From: a virus
Taxonomy: Duplodnaviria; Caudoviricetes
Direction: 5' to 3' (one strand)
Length of the DNA: 64,000 nucleotides
IMG/VR virus record: IMGVR_UViG_3300031951_000008
Position numbers and translations under genes: made by a program. Under the pieces are notes generated by a model. It searched no databases. It worked only from the letters and a program-made list of their open reading frames with translations, and was not told the origin of the DNA. Below, one piece after another: positions 8,918 to 19,113 of the stretch. Positions within the stretch are counted from its first letter, which is position 1; each line of letters opens with the position of its first letter.

Positions 8918-10404
8918 AATTGAACATCAAGATCTCTGAACGAGCATACACCGGTTTGACCTAATGCGGAGTAATCTCCTAAGGTACCGCGTTTATTAGT
9001 CTTGCCTATCAACAAAGTTGTCGGATTGCCTGATAGAACTGATGTTGGCACGGTGATAACAGTCGTCCAAACGCCATCTCCCATTATTTCTCCGACATAA
9101 GTATTGTTCTCTCTTTTTATTCTTAGAATATACTCTTTGTTTGGCATAACTCTACCAATACCTGTAGTTTCTTTGCCATTAAGTGTAGCCGCGTAAGTAT
9201 TCTTACGTCTTAGGTTTATCTTAAGGTTACGGTCAGCGGGCCATAAGACCGACATTCCCGGTCCCCATGATAGCCCTTGGTCGGTGCCGGTGTTTACGGT
9301 AACTCTGATAGACTTAAACGAGCCTATATTACGTTGTATAACGCAATAGGCATTCGCCGGAGAATTGATTTCTATAGAATCTGGCTTAGTAGCAATTCTT
9401 CCGTGTACGGTAGCGGTCTGCCATTTTCCATCATCTAGCTCAAATGAAGGATTAAGCGACGCACCAGGATTATACAAGCTCAACCCATATCTATTGACAA
9501 CGGTGGATATGGGGTTTGCTATTGTCACCTTATCCGATCCGGCGAAAAGCAATGCTACAGCGTTCATATTCATATCTAGTATTAAGCTGCCTGAGTCTCC
9601 GCCGTCACTCATGCTAGTCAGAACAACACAATTATTAAACCTAGCTGGCCCGAAGTCGTATCCGATTGTGAAAGTAGCACTCAAGCCGATGATACGACCA
9701 GTAGTATATCCTGTTGTTCGACCTACTTTTTGTACGGGGGTGTTGACCGCTGGTGTCGCAAAGCCAGCTAGTGGCCTATTGATAGTCGGATATAATAGAT
9801 TAACCATCCCTGAACTGATGAATGATTCATGGATGCGGGCAATGGCTGAATCTTGGACGTTGCCGTCAGCATTCAATTTAACATAATCTTTGAGTGTTGC
9901 GAAATATGGTGAATTACTAGGGGATTGATTCCAACCCGTGAATTCCATATTCCCACGGCTATCGAGGGTACCAGGCTGATATATGACATCGCCTATCTTT
10001 GCAGCGTTTTCATTGGCTAGGACGTGATTGTTACTTAAGACTACTGGATGCTTATCTTTGTCGAGGAAAATGCCACCTATCGTCCCTGCTGTAACACTTC
10101 TGTGGCTGCAGCTATAACCTGGCTGTATTGGCCGGATCTTGCTAGTATAGCCCTGTTTAACTATGTCGCCTACTTCTATAACGTCGGTCGGAATGCCATC
10201 AATTCGATCTGGTATCAATTCAGACGCAGAGAATTTACCGATAACGTTAGCTTTGGTAGATTTCTTCTGCACGAACACAAGTATAGCTGGTGAATCGGTT
10301 GGCTTACCATCAACCCATTTGTGTCCTACACCAATGCCGTTGACGGATTTGAGACCAATAAATTGTTCAGTAACTGATTCTTTAACAGCTAATACATCAT
10401 CCAT
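8914..10404 (-). CDS. trypsin-like (S1, Nal1-like) serine protease with N-terminal prodomain and C-terminal beta domain
   Basis: LSNNHVL (His), DSAIA (Asp), GGDSGS (Ser), VQKVGRTTG, IDGIPTDV; SD AAGGAG. Confidence 0.85.
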   Translation of the reverse strand: MDDVLAVKESVTEQFIGLKSVNGIGVGHKWVDGKPTDSPAILVFVQKKSTKANVIGKFSASELIPDRIDGIPTDVIEVGDIVKQGYTSKIRPIQPGYSCSHRSVTAGTIGGIFLDKDKHPVVLSNNHVLANENAAKIGDVIYQPGTLDSRGNMEFTGWNQSPSNSPYFATLKDYVKLNADGNVQDSAIARIHESFISSGMVNLLYPTINRPLAGFATPAVNTPVQKVGRTTGYTTGRIIGLSATFTIGYDFGPARFNNCVVLTSMSDGGDSGSLILDMNMNAVALLFAGSDKVTIANPISTVVNRYGLSLYNPGASLNPSFELDDGKWQTATVHGRIATKPDSIEINSPANAYCVIQRNIGSFKSIRVTVNTGTDQGLSWGPGMSVLWPADRNLKINLRRKNTYAATLNGKETTGIGRVMPNKEYILRIKRENNTYVGEIMGDGVWTTVITVPTSVLSGNPTTLLIGKTNKRGTLGDYSALGQTGVCSFRDLDVQF

Positions 10405-10452
10405 ATTTCATCTCCTTAGATAACTAAGATAATTTTGATTATCTATAGGGTT

Positions 10453-10463
10453 CAAATCTATTT
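10453..10463 (+). promoter_or_regulatory. candidate promoter motif CAAATCTATTT
   Basis: In the divergent intergenic gap 10405-10485; matches the recurrent motif. Confidence 0.35.
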
Positions 10464-10485
10464 TAGTACATAAGAAAGCAATATT

Positions 10486-12072
10486 ATGGAATGCGGCAAT
10501 AGCACAATATTACCTAATGGAATATGCGCCCTTTTACCCTCAATACCGGTAGATGGCCAGGTCTTTATAGACAGCGAGCTGGTAAAATGGGTTTACAATG
10601 CTCAAAGCGACCTATGGGAAAGGTCCGGGACTGCGACTACCGTACCACTTGCTACAGATCAGTCTGTTGGCTATATGTCTTATACAGATAAAAACCTGCT
10701 AGACAGTATACCAGCGGTTCCTGGTGGTTTCGGCATCATAACCGATACTAAGCTATTATTACAAAGCGACACTAACCCAGACGGTGTAATAAGTGGCGAT
10801 ATTAAACTAGTAAGCGACAGCATTGACATATCGTGTGTAGATGAAAGCGACGAAGCAATCAATTACACACCTACTACCCTTGGTTGCCCATCCGCGATCG
10901 GAGAATCAAGACTACCAGGGTTACAATTCAGGCTCAGTGACAAGTTCATAAAAACTCTAATAGTAAATCTTCCAGGCAATATAGGCCGAAAGGGCGATAA
11001 GGGGGATAAAGGAGAGCAAGGAGAACCGGGATTTGCAGGCGGACCAGCAGGGCGGCCAGGCAATCCAGGAGTGAGCATTGATTATACAGATAGTTTGAGT
11101 GGCACTTACTACAACGATATTGATGGAGTTACAGATACCGCTATAGTCAACTTGGAAATAGTCGACGACGGCTCTGGATGTAAACTCGTTGTGTCCAAGT
11201 CTAAGCTGAATGTGTCAAATGCCCAAGTTGCCGATAAAGTCATAGCATCTCCGATTTCCAGAACAGTTAGTTTTGCCAGTGCTGGCGATTGTCCAACTGG
11301 CTTGAAAGAGTTTAGTCTTGCTAAGGTCGGTAGCGATGACGCACCAGTAAATGTTAGCTTAGTAAGGCTACCTAACGGCTCTGATAGAGCTACGGAGCCT
11401 GTTAGCTTTAATCCGACATATACACTAAGCGAATATGTTAACAGCATAGTTAGCGAATACCGTAAGCTGTTAGAAAGTGTCGATGAAGCCTACGGCAAAG
11501 AGGCAAAAGAATATGTTGAGAATATTGATTCAAAAGCACGTCAGATATTAAGCAATTTAGCCGGTGATCTGGCTAGTTGTGAGTTTAATCTGCCTGCAGT
11601 AGAGTACTGTATAACATTTAGAGGGTGCGATCAACCAGCCCAACCACCAGAGCCTCCCCAGCCTCCACAACCACCTACGCCCCCAGAGCCGCCTACGCCT
11701 CCTTCTACGGACTGTGCGTTCAAACTTAATCCATATGTTAACGGAGCAACGTCTAATACTAAGAGCATGTTAGAAGGCTCTGTGCTACAATTCGAATTAA
11801 GCGGTACCGGAGGCGGGTGCGGCCCATTTGACAGTAGCAATTGGACTTGGACAATAGAACCCGGAGTCGATTCTCCTGTTAGTTCCGCAGACTTTAAGCA
11901 GATGTCTGGCACTTTCAAGGTCACGAATGGTAAAGGATATTTTACCATTGAAGCTTTATTAGATACGCTTTTAGAGCCTACAGAGACTTTTAACGTAGTA
12001 TGTGCTCTTCCAAGAACCGCTGCGACTGCATCTTACGGTCCCATGAAGCTAACTGGTATTGCAGGGCCTTGA
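10486..12072 (+). CDS. tail fibre-like protein with collagen-like G-X-Y run, Pro-rich linker and Calx-beta-like C-terminus
   Basis: GRKGDKGDKGEQGEP; GYMSYTDKNLLD; QPPEPPQPP linker; SADF...SGTF...DTLLEPTETFNV. Confidence 0.6.
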   Translation: MECGNSTILPNGICALLPSIPVDGQVFIDSELVKWVYNAQSDLWERSGTATTVPLATDQSVGYMSYTDKNLLDSIPAVPGGFGIITDTKLLLQSDTNPDGVISGDIKLVSDSIDISCVDESDEAINYTPTTLGCPSAIGESRLPGLQFRLSDKFIKTLIVNLPGNIGRKGDKGDKGEQGEPGFAGGPAGRPGNPGVSIDYTDSLSGTYYNDIDGVTDTAIVNLEIVDDGSGCKLVVSKSKLNVSNAQVADKVIASPISRTVSFASAGDCPTGLKEFSLAKVGSDDAPVNVSLVRLPNGSDRATEPVSFNPTYTLSEYVNSIVSEYRKLLESVDEAYGKEAKEYVENIDSKARQILSNLAGDLASCEFNLPAVEYCITFRGCDQPAQPPEPPQPPQPPTPPEPPTPPSTDCAFKLNPYVNGATSNTKSMLEGSVLQFELSGTGGGCGPFDSSNWTWTIEPGVDSPVSSADFKQMSGTFKVTNGKGYFTIEALLDTLLEPTETFNVVCALPRTAATASYGPMKLTGIAGP

Positions 12073-12078
12073 AAGTAA

Positions 12079-14154
12079 ATGACAGATAACCTATTTCCCG
12101 AAAATCCGACGCATGGGATGATCTTCGAACAGAAGAATGGAGTTTTATACCAGTATGATGCTACAATCAAATCATGGTTAAAGCTGGCAAGCGATAATTT
12201 AAAAATGTCTCTGGCAACATCGGTCAGTGACGGGGCAATGTCGGCCCAAGACTTGCAAAAACTTAATCGATTAGTCTTTCCAGTTCCACAATCATCTGTA
12301 GCTGGTAATAATTGTATATCGCCTTTTACTAACGGCGTAATCCAACTACGAAGTGGAGATAGCTTTCTAAGTGTGGAGGCTAATTCTAAGCTATCTAATA
12401 TAGATCAATATGGAGACTATATTGAAAAATCTTTCAAATCGCAAATACATCAGCATACTTATCTGATCGACTTCGGTTTGGATGTAAGATCACTAATAAG
12501 CGAATTGGAGAAGAGAGGGCAGATAAAGTTAGAAGGCTCACGAGGGCCTACTGGCGACGAGGGCGAACCAGGAGACCCTGGCGTTAATAATATAATTTCA
12601 GGCCCACAAGGTACCAAGGGGGTATCTGGTTCTGCACCTGCGTGTGGTTTAACTATAGAGACGGAACCGATAGATACTCAACCGATCACTGGCTTAAACA
12701 GAGCTTTAGTCGATGTTCGTGTGGTTCCTGATACTGTAAAAGCAAATCAATATAGTATTGTATTTGATAGGCAAATCGTCGGTAAGCCGGATGCCAGTGC
12801 AAGTCAATTCAATTTAAAACAGATACCTAGTACTTGGGTGTTAGCTGTTGGTGTAGCTGCGGACACTGCTATTGTTGAGCCGGTGAAGGTCGAAGCCTCG
12901 ACTGTCGATTGCGGGTTACCAGGCGTAACGCCCCCGACTAGCACATCTCTCAGCTATAGTTTGTACTACCTAGATATGCAGCCGATAATGGATAGTATTC
13001 ACAGTCAATTTATTGATGAACTGAGCGCATTGAAGAAAAGCTACGAGAAGGCTGTGTTAGACTGGCTCCAGAAAATGTCGGACCTGTTTGATGAGCAAAA
13101 GAGAGCATTATGTTGTGCATTAGAAAGATGCATATCTCTCACTAAAAACGATGCGTTACGGCAGCATATGGAGTCTGTAGCGGCTGCGGCTGTTGGTAAG
13201 GCTAAAATTAAGCTGCATAACCGCGACAGTGCCGAATCTGTTGAGATATCAAGCACTAGATTATTGACTAAGATAGACGCAGAAGATCTGTGCGAGAATG
13301 GCCCAGAATTCCCCCAAGATCCTGCAGAAGCGGCGAGAGCATCGGCTGCAGTTCAGAAAGCAAGTATATCAGACAATAATGTGTCTATAATCACCGTCAA
13401 GGTCGATCCGCTTTTGAATTCTAACTTATCTTCTGCTGTTAAAGTGTCAATACCTGAAGGACGGTACGTAGCGACTATTTTGAATACTGATGCAATGGTT
13501 AATGGCAAGCATAGAGCCAATGTAAGAATTCAGCATATAACAGGCGGGAGTTTAAGTATTACTTCATTTATGGATAAGGGATCTTATGAGAGATCATATG
13601 AAGCACAGGCCGCCTACAGGGGTTTGACTATAGAATTTAACCACGATGGAGGCCCTGTTGATTTATTCTTACCTTCATTCCAGTCTCAGGAAACTTCTGG
13701 CAACATTATCGTTCAGTTGGCTAAGGTCAATAAGAAGAATATTATATCGAAGCCTAAGACCGATACTCCACTAGATTCGGGCGCATGCTCAATGCCTGCA
13801 TCACAGCTTGCTTGGTACGAAAAATCGTGGCAAGAAGGCAAGGCCTGTGGCTGTGTCGTTAAACTAAATGGGCAAGATTATATAGTAGTAAAGAGATCGA
13901 TTGATCCCGATGATAGCTGTGGCGGTCGTGAGACTTTACGCTCAGAATGCATGCAGAGGTTCACGGTCGATAATGTACCACCAGCAATCGCATGGCCTAC
14001 TTTTGATGGCGAGAACTTTATTGCTAAGCCTAGAGGCCAAGCTTATTTTGTGCACGACCCAGACTTGAACAAGGTCATATTAGATAAAATAAGTACTGGC
14101 GAAGCTACACAGCTTAAAGGCACATTTAACATTATATTGTTTCCGACAGTATGA
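12079..14154 (+). CDS. tail fibre-like protein, paralog of the upstream gene
   Basis: Shares the Y-D/N-A..W N-terminal segment, GAMSAQDLQKLN motif and collagen run GPTGDEGEPGDPG. Confidence 0.6.
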   Translation: MTDNLFPENPTHGMIFEQKNGVLYQYDATIKSWLKLASDNLKMSLATSVSDGAMSAQDLQKLNRLVFPVPQSSVAGNNCISPFTNGVIQLRSGDSFLSVEANSKLSNIDQYGDYIEKSFKSQIHQHTYLIDFGLDVRSLISELEKRGQIKLEGSRGPTGDEGEPGDPGVNNIISGPQGTKGVSGSAPACGLTIETEPIDTQPITGLNRALVDVRVVPDTVKANQYSIVFDRQIVGKPDASASQFNLKQIPSTWVLAVGVAADTAIVEPVKVEASTVDCGLPGVTPPTSTSLSYSLYYLDMQPIMDSIHSQFIDELSALKKSYEKAVLDWLQKMSDLFDEQKRALCCALERCISLTKNDALRQHMESVAAAAVGKAKIKLHNRDSAESVEISSTRLLTKIDAEDLCENGPEFPQDPAEAARASAAVQKASISDNNVSIITVKVDPLLNSNLSSAVKVSIPEGRYVATILNTDAMVNGKHRANVRIQHITGGSLSITSFMDKGSYERSYEAQAAYRGLTIEFNHDGGPVDLFLPSFQSQETSGNIIVQLAKVNKKNIISKPKTDTPLDSGACSMPASQLAWYEKSWQEGKACGCVVKLNGQDYIVVKRSIDPDDSCGGRETLRSECMQRFTVDNVPPAIAWPTFDGENFIAKPRGQAYFVHDPDLNKVILDKISTGEATQLKGTFNIILFPTV

Positions 14155-14663
14155 AGCTGAAAGTCGACCAATTCTGCTCTCTCGCTACTTCCCCCTCATG
14201 GCAGGCATGGCTATATAGATATAATCCAGAAATATACGCAGATTTTATACAGAAGATAAAATTAAATAATAGCTGTACGCGTAATAAAGAATACATGACG
14301 GATGTTCTTACTAAGATCAATCAAGTAGGAGGTGGAGACGACTTATGTGACTTCTTGCTTAATCATTACCCTTATGTGATTGATGGAATAGATTTCACCG
14401 CAGTGAAGCCTAACAGGCCAGTTTTCGAGTATTATAACCCAGATATTTTAACATTCCCAAGACGGATCATTTTTACAGGTAGTAACCTGAAGAGACAAGT
14501 AAATTCTTTTGTTATAGATAAAATAAAATATGACAGCATCATAGTAGATGGTGTAGCGTATGTAGAATATCTGACGAGCGAAGATAAAGGTATCATAGAT
14601 TCTATCCCAAGTGAAAATTGGCAAATTGCCTCTTATCGGCTCGCAGGTTTGGAAAGAATATGA
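14151..14663 (+). CDS. hypothetical protein
   Basis: 170 aa; ATGA overlaps at both ends (translational coupling). Confidence 0.7.
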   Translation: MKLKVDQFCSLATSPSWQAWLYRYNPEIYADFIQKIKLNNSCTRNKEYMTDVLTKINQVGGGDDLCDFLLNHYPYVIDGIDFTAVKPNRPVFEYYNPDILTFPRRIIFTGSNLKRQVNSFVIDKIKYDSIIVDGVAYVEYLTSEDKGIIDSIPSENWQIASYRLAGLERI

Positions 14664-17650
14664 AAAAGCGTAAACTTGAAAAAATGCCAGTAATTAAGCC
14701 TGAAGAGGGTGAAATAGAGAGGCATAACGCATATACGAGGCTAAACCCAAAGGGCCACAAGGAATTCGTTACAAGCGATGAAGAGACTCTAAATGAGTTA
14801 TATCTAGACGATTTGCTAGGTATAAATTTGAACGAATATATGGACATGGGCGAGAGCACACCCGCTATATCCTTTGAGCAACCTATGAGTACAAGGAACA
14901 GTAATCTAAGATTCACTCCTAGACTAACTGGTTCTCCAAATGAAGCTATAAGATCTAATGGCGATTCGCTTACAAATATGCGAGGTCCAACAAAGCTAGC
15001 TGCTGACTCTCCTGAGGATCAAAGGGCAAAGAGCAATCTGAAAGCTAATGCATTTAGAGGCTCGAAATACAAAGGTAATATATCTGGAAACAAAAATATT
15101 GTTAGCTACGGTGGTGACAATATTGATTATGGGGCCACTCATAACGAATGCGTTACGAGCACTGCTGGTATTGCGATAAATCCGTCTTTTGCCACATACG
15201 ATCAGCTCAGAGAGATCGGCAGAGAGATCGGTAAAAAGACGGGTAAGAAAAAGTCAAGAAGGAAACTTTCGGAGAACATTATGAATGACATCGATAGACT
15301 GCTGAACGAGTGGCAACCAGAATTCAAGGCCGGGGAATATGACCCAGGCGATTACAAGATGCCAAGTCCTACCGGCAATGGGGTCGCTAAGAAAGGCCTC
15401 AAAAAGGATAATACCGGTGCAAGAGACACCGAAATCAAGCACAGCGGCAAACCTTGGCCAAGGAAGCATAACGAAACAGCAGCCATGTGCGATGTTGAAG
15501 AAAGCGGCGTGGAAACTAAACCTCAAGGCTCACACGTTAGCAAGCATGCAAAAGCTGACGATGGAATCCAAACAGAATTAGGCCATAATTGGCCAAATCC
15601 TCCCAAGCATAGTGGTGGTGGCGTTGGCGAGCCAGTTTCTGGAACGCGTTACACCGATGGTGGTGTCCTTAAAGGCACAGCACCTAGCGATGGTAGCAAC
15701 CAAGGAGCCAAGGCAAAACTCCCATCTAGCGGACCAATCACTGGCACTAAAGGCCCTCAGCTAGGCCAGATGGAATGGTCGCCGGAAAAGGTAGGCCAGT
15801 TGCTCGGCGAAGGCCTGAATATCCAAGACCTGTTCGATGACTTTGTACGACATGGCAATTTGGCACAAGTCGACCTCGAATCTTTCCAACAACTATGTGA
15901 TGCACATGGTGCTGGCGTTACCTTAGATGAGAATTCTCTGCTTACGCTTATGGATAACAACGCCGAGTTCTTGTTTGAGGGAATGGAAGACTCTTACGGT
16001 GCTTACTGGCGTTATGAGCCACTGTCTGAAGCTAAAAAAAAGTGTAGGACATGTAATTGCTCGCCATGTGAGTGCGAAGGCGGTTGCATGGAAGAGTCAG
16101 TAGTCTCCGAGATGCAGATCGAGCCGGAAGAAGACTACATAGCTAGAACAGGTGGTCTGGATGATGACGACATGGAATCTGAGAGAGCCGCTCAACAGCT
16201 GAATCAAGAAGATGAAGACGAATTTGGTAGTAGGATGATGGATCAAGGTTATCTGGACGATGACTCTGAATATGATGAAGATGACCATGATCACCAATTC
16301 GGAGGAGGGCGGTTCGGCGGTGAAGATGTAGAGCTACAATGCCCTACTTGCATGTACATGGGCATGGAGGAAGAATGTCCTCAGTGTGGTAGCGAGATGA
16401 TGTCGAGCGAGGGCGATATTCCAGACGACTCTGGAGAGTGGGACGAAGATTACCTCGATCAAGGAGACGGGTCTGAGCCACAAGGCGTAGGAAACGAATA
16501 TGACTATAAGAATGGAATCGGCCCATACCACGAGTTCTCGGCAGCAGGTGAGATGTCTGATGATGAATACGAAAAACGAACAGGCCGAGTAAGAGGTATG
16601 GAAGAATCGATTCAAAGATTCAACAGGTATGCTAAAAACATACTTGAGAATAGATCCCTAAGTCGACAGGCAGTGACAGTTGCATTGAATCGATGCTGGA
16701 AGACTAATGCAAGTCGTATAAATCCTAAATCGCTGAATGAAGGCGTTGTGAAAACCCTACAACGAATTCAGCAAACATTCCCAGGATTTAGGCCGATTAT
16801 AGTCACAGAAAGCTCCGCGATGGACGCAGCGACGGGCAAACCGATTTCTAGCTCGACGCTTAAGCAGTCACCAGACCTAGCAGACCAGCCTAGTCCTGAT
16901 GACATACAAACGCATGGTGACAAGAGCCTTCTGGGCAAGGCACAGAAGAACAATTTGGACGGCACACCTATCATGAAGGGCACTGAGAAGGGCTTAAGTG
17001 GTACCGGTAGCGTTAGCGAGAGTGTGCAACGTAACCTTAACACGATGCGTAACAACGTCTCTAAGCTGTCACAAGCCATTAAGTTTGCGATAGCAGAATC
17101 AGCTAAGAATGTTAAGGGTGCAACCGTCACGCTACAGATATTAGTCCGTGAAGGTCAGCATGTGAATGCTACACCGAAGCGGGCTACTTTAACAGAGTCT
17201 GTGACGGATCTCGAAGAAATCCTTCAGCTTCATTCAGAGTCTGACGTGAGCGTGACGGCACAGTTTAAGGACAGATCTGGGGCGATAATCTTCAAGGCTG
17301 ATATGCCCTTGGCAACGATCGCTCCGAGAGGTCCGCTGGTTTCAGAAGGGAAAGCTTTGTTCAGGTTCCGTAAGAATGCTGAGTTATTTGCTGAAAATTG
17401 CACTAAGACTGGTGCAGTAGCAAAACTAGTAGGGCATAATTGGGGCCATGCAGTACAAGCTAAAGTAAGCTTCGAAAGTGCTAGCAAAGCCTTCTCGACT
17501 ATTTCGGAAAAGAAATGGCTTAAGGGTGCGGTAAACCCAGAACATAAAGGATACTGCACGCCCATGACAAAGTCTACTTGCACACCGAAGCGAAAGGCTT
17601 TGGCCAAGAGATTTAAGAAGGGTGGCGATCTTTACTCCGGTAATGAATAA
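14660..17650 (+). CDS. large acidic internal head/scaffold-like protein with Cys clusters
   Basis: ATG at 14660 overlaps the upstream TGA; many (I/L/V/M)-X-E sites; D/E-rich centre; CRTCNCSPCEC and CPTC..CPQC; basic C-terminus. Confidence 0.6.
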   Translation: MKKRKLEKMPVIKPEEGEIERHNAYTRLNPKGHKEFVTSDEETLNELYLDDLLGINLNEYMDMGESTPAISFEQPMSTRNSNLRFTPRLTGSPNEAIRSNGDSLTNMRGPTKLAADSPEDQRAKSNLKANAFRGSKYKGNISGNKNIVSYGGDNIDYGATHNECVTSTAGIAINPSFATYDQLREIGREIGKKTGKKKSRRKLSENIMNDIDRLLNEWQPEFKAGEYDPGDYKMPSPTGNGVAKKGLKKDNTGARDTEIKHSGKPWPRKHNETAAMCDVEESGVETKPQGSHVSKHAKADDGIQTELGHNWPNPPKHSGGGVGEPVSGTRYTDGGVLKGTAPSDGSNQGAKAKLPSSGPITGTKGPQLGQMEWSPEKVGQLLGEGLNIQDLFDDFVRHGNLAQVDLESFQQLCDAHGAGVTLDENSLLTLMDNNAEFLFEGMEDSYGAYWRYEPLSEAKKKCRTCNCSPCECEGGCMEESVVSEMQIEPEEDYIARTGGLDDDDMESERAAQQLNQEDEDEFGSRMMDQGYLDDDSEYDEDDHDHQFGGGRFGGEDVELQCPTCMYMGMEEECPQCGSEMMSSEGDIPDDSGEWDEDYLDQGDGSEPQGVGNEYDYKNGIGPYHEFSAAGEMSDDEYEKRTGRVRGMEESIQRFNRYAKNILENRSLSRQAVTVALNRCWKTNASRINPKSLNEGVVKTLQRIQQTFPGFRPIIVTESSAMDAATGKPISSSTLKQSPDLADQPSPDDIQTHGDKSLLGKAQKNNLDGTPIMKGTEKGLSGTGSVSESVQRNLNTMRNNVSKLSQAIKFAIAESAKNVKGATVTLQILVREGQHVNATPKRATLTESVTDLEEILQLHSESDVSVTAQFKDRSGAIIFKADMPLATIAPRGPLVSEGKALFRFRKNAELFAENCTKTGAVAKLVGHNWGHAVQAKVSFESASKAFSTISEKKWLKGAVNPEHKGYCTPMTKSTCTPKRKALAKRFKKGGDLYSGNE

Positions 17651-17671
17651 GCACACTATCTGTAAAACACG

Positions 17672-17704
17672 AATGCCCCAGTAAAACATATCTGGGGCAT
17701 TTTC
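17672..17704 (+). terminator. rho-independent terminator
   Basis: 10-bp stem AATGCCCCAG/CTGGGGCATT followed by TTT, after the 14660-17650 gene. Confidence 0.65.
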
Positions 17705-17738
17705 GTAGAAGTCGATTCATCGCAATAAGGGTCTAAAT

Positions 17739-18401
17739 ATGGCAGAGTTAAGCACTGGTTTTTGGTTCGCGGCTTTAGCCTTAGGCTTAGCAGCTTTATA
17801 TTGTGCGTCAACCGAAAGCCTACTGTTTATGACCATCATCACAATCATAGCCGCAGTAGGCTTAAGCTATACATTCCCTCTAGCCGTTTTCATCTGGAAT
17901 AACCCATTAATATTACTTGCTGGTGTGCTGGTGTATGTGGTTATCGGCACCGGTTGGGCGTTTTTCAAATGGTACTTGTATATTAGAGAACGCATTAGCC
18001 TGAGGAATGCTAAGATAGAAGAGCGTGTCCAAGAGCTTAAGGACAAAAAAGAGCCAGACTTAGTTCGTACTACTATTAAGGAATTTATAAATAATGGCTT
18101 TAACAAGAAGCCAGACGACTATCTGGGTGAGATAGTCGAGCCATACTGGTCCAAAGTTAGAAGGCACGAAGGTATCGAATACGTAAAGGACATACCATAT
18201 CAATTTAAACAACCGCTCATCGCTGATAACAAGGAGCGATTTACTACTTGGCTTATATTCTGGCCTTTTTCTGTCGCCGTATTTTGCCTATACGACTCTG
18301 CCAAGGCTGCTTGGCAGCTAGTTCAACGTACAGCTACATCGATTTATCATTATTGTGCGAAACGGTTGCAAGCGGTTTCAGATAAACTATGGCGAGATTA
18401 A
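17739..18401 (+). CDS. membrane protein
   Basis: Three N-terminal hydrophobic segments plus a C-terminal WLIFWPFSVAVF segment. Confidence 0.75.
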   Translation: MAELSTGFWFAALALGLAALYCASTESLLFMTIITIIAAVGLSYTFPLAVFIWNNPLILLAGVLVYVVIGTGWAFFKWYLYIRERISLRNAKIEERVQELKDKKEPDLVRTTIKEFINNGFNKKPDDYLGEIVEPYWSKVRRHEGIEYVKDIPYQFKQPLIADNKERFTTWLIFWPFSVAVFCLYDSAKAAWQLVQRTATSIYHYCAKRLQAVSDKLWRD

Positions 18402-18402
18402 T

Positions 18403-18705
18403 ATGCTACGTAGTGAGACTCTTTTAGAATTATTCAATATCAGGCATAAAGTATCTGATATTGTTATTCAAACGGTATGCGAATATCTAGAAGAGTATGG
18501 CATTGTTACTAACTTAATTGAAAACTTTGATATGTTCATTTACTTGACCATATCAAAAGATGGGAGTGAAGGCCGTATAGTCATCGATAGGATGAATAAG
18601 CAGTTCATACTAGAAGTGACCGGATTTATACCAACGAGGGGTGGGTTGCCCGCTATTGTAGAAGCTTTCACTTGCTACGCTAAGACAATGATTATTGCTG
18701 AGTAA
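18403..18705 (+). CDS. hypothetical protein
   Basis: ATG at 18403 just after the upstream stop. Confidence 0.6.
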   Translation: MLRSETLLELFNIRHKVSDIVIQTVCEYLEEYGIVTNLIENFDMFIYLTISKDGSEGRIVIDRMNKQFILEVTGFIPTRGGLPAIVEAFTCYAKTMIIAE

Positions 18706-18728
18706 TTATAATAAGGAGACTTATTATA

Positions 18729-19112
18729 ATGGATCAGATTCCGAAGATTGGCGTAGAGTACGACGAAGACATTGACAGGTATGAACTGATCTTAGATGAT
18801 CACATATCGACTCTTAACCCATCTGAGTATGGTGCCGAAGGGCCAATAATCGATCCGAAGGACTATTTTATAACTTCAGGCGATGCGGTCGAAAAATCCA
18901 AAGCACTGTGTAAGCGGGTACACGATATTGTCAGGGAAACAGCAGATAGCCCAAATGCACCATATAAGCAAGCCGTTGCTTTCTTGCTGAGTCAGTGCGA
19001 AGGACTCAGAGACAATCTCATCAAGGCTAGAGGCAAAAACATCTTCCTAGAGACAGAATGGGACTTGCATCGATTGTATTGTATACCAAAGAACCCAAGA
19101 GCAAGAGAGTAA
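18729..19112 (+). CDS. hypothetical protein
   Basis: 127 aa with SD AAGGAG. Confidence 0.7.
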   Translation: MDQIPKIGVEYDEDIDRYELILDDHISTLNPSEYGAEGPIIDPKDYFITSGDAVEKSKALCKRVHDIVRETADSPNAPYKQAVAFLLSQCEGLRDNLIKARGKNIFLETEWDLHRLYCIPKNPRARE

Positions 19113-19113
19113 T

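Noticed and set aside
9365-9886. 173-aa plus-strand ORF
   Set aside because: Antisense shadow of the protease gene, which has clear catalytic motifs
14618-14659. ORF-track N-terminal extension of the 1010-aa protein
   Set aside because: ATG at 14660 overlapping the upstream stop is the more plausible coupled start
15208-15231. Exact 12-bp duplication CAGAGAGATCGG x2
   Set aside because: In-frame coding duplication (REIG REIG), only two copies; no regulatory evidence
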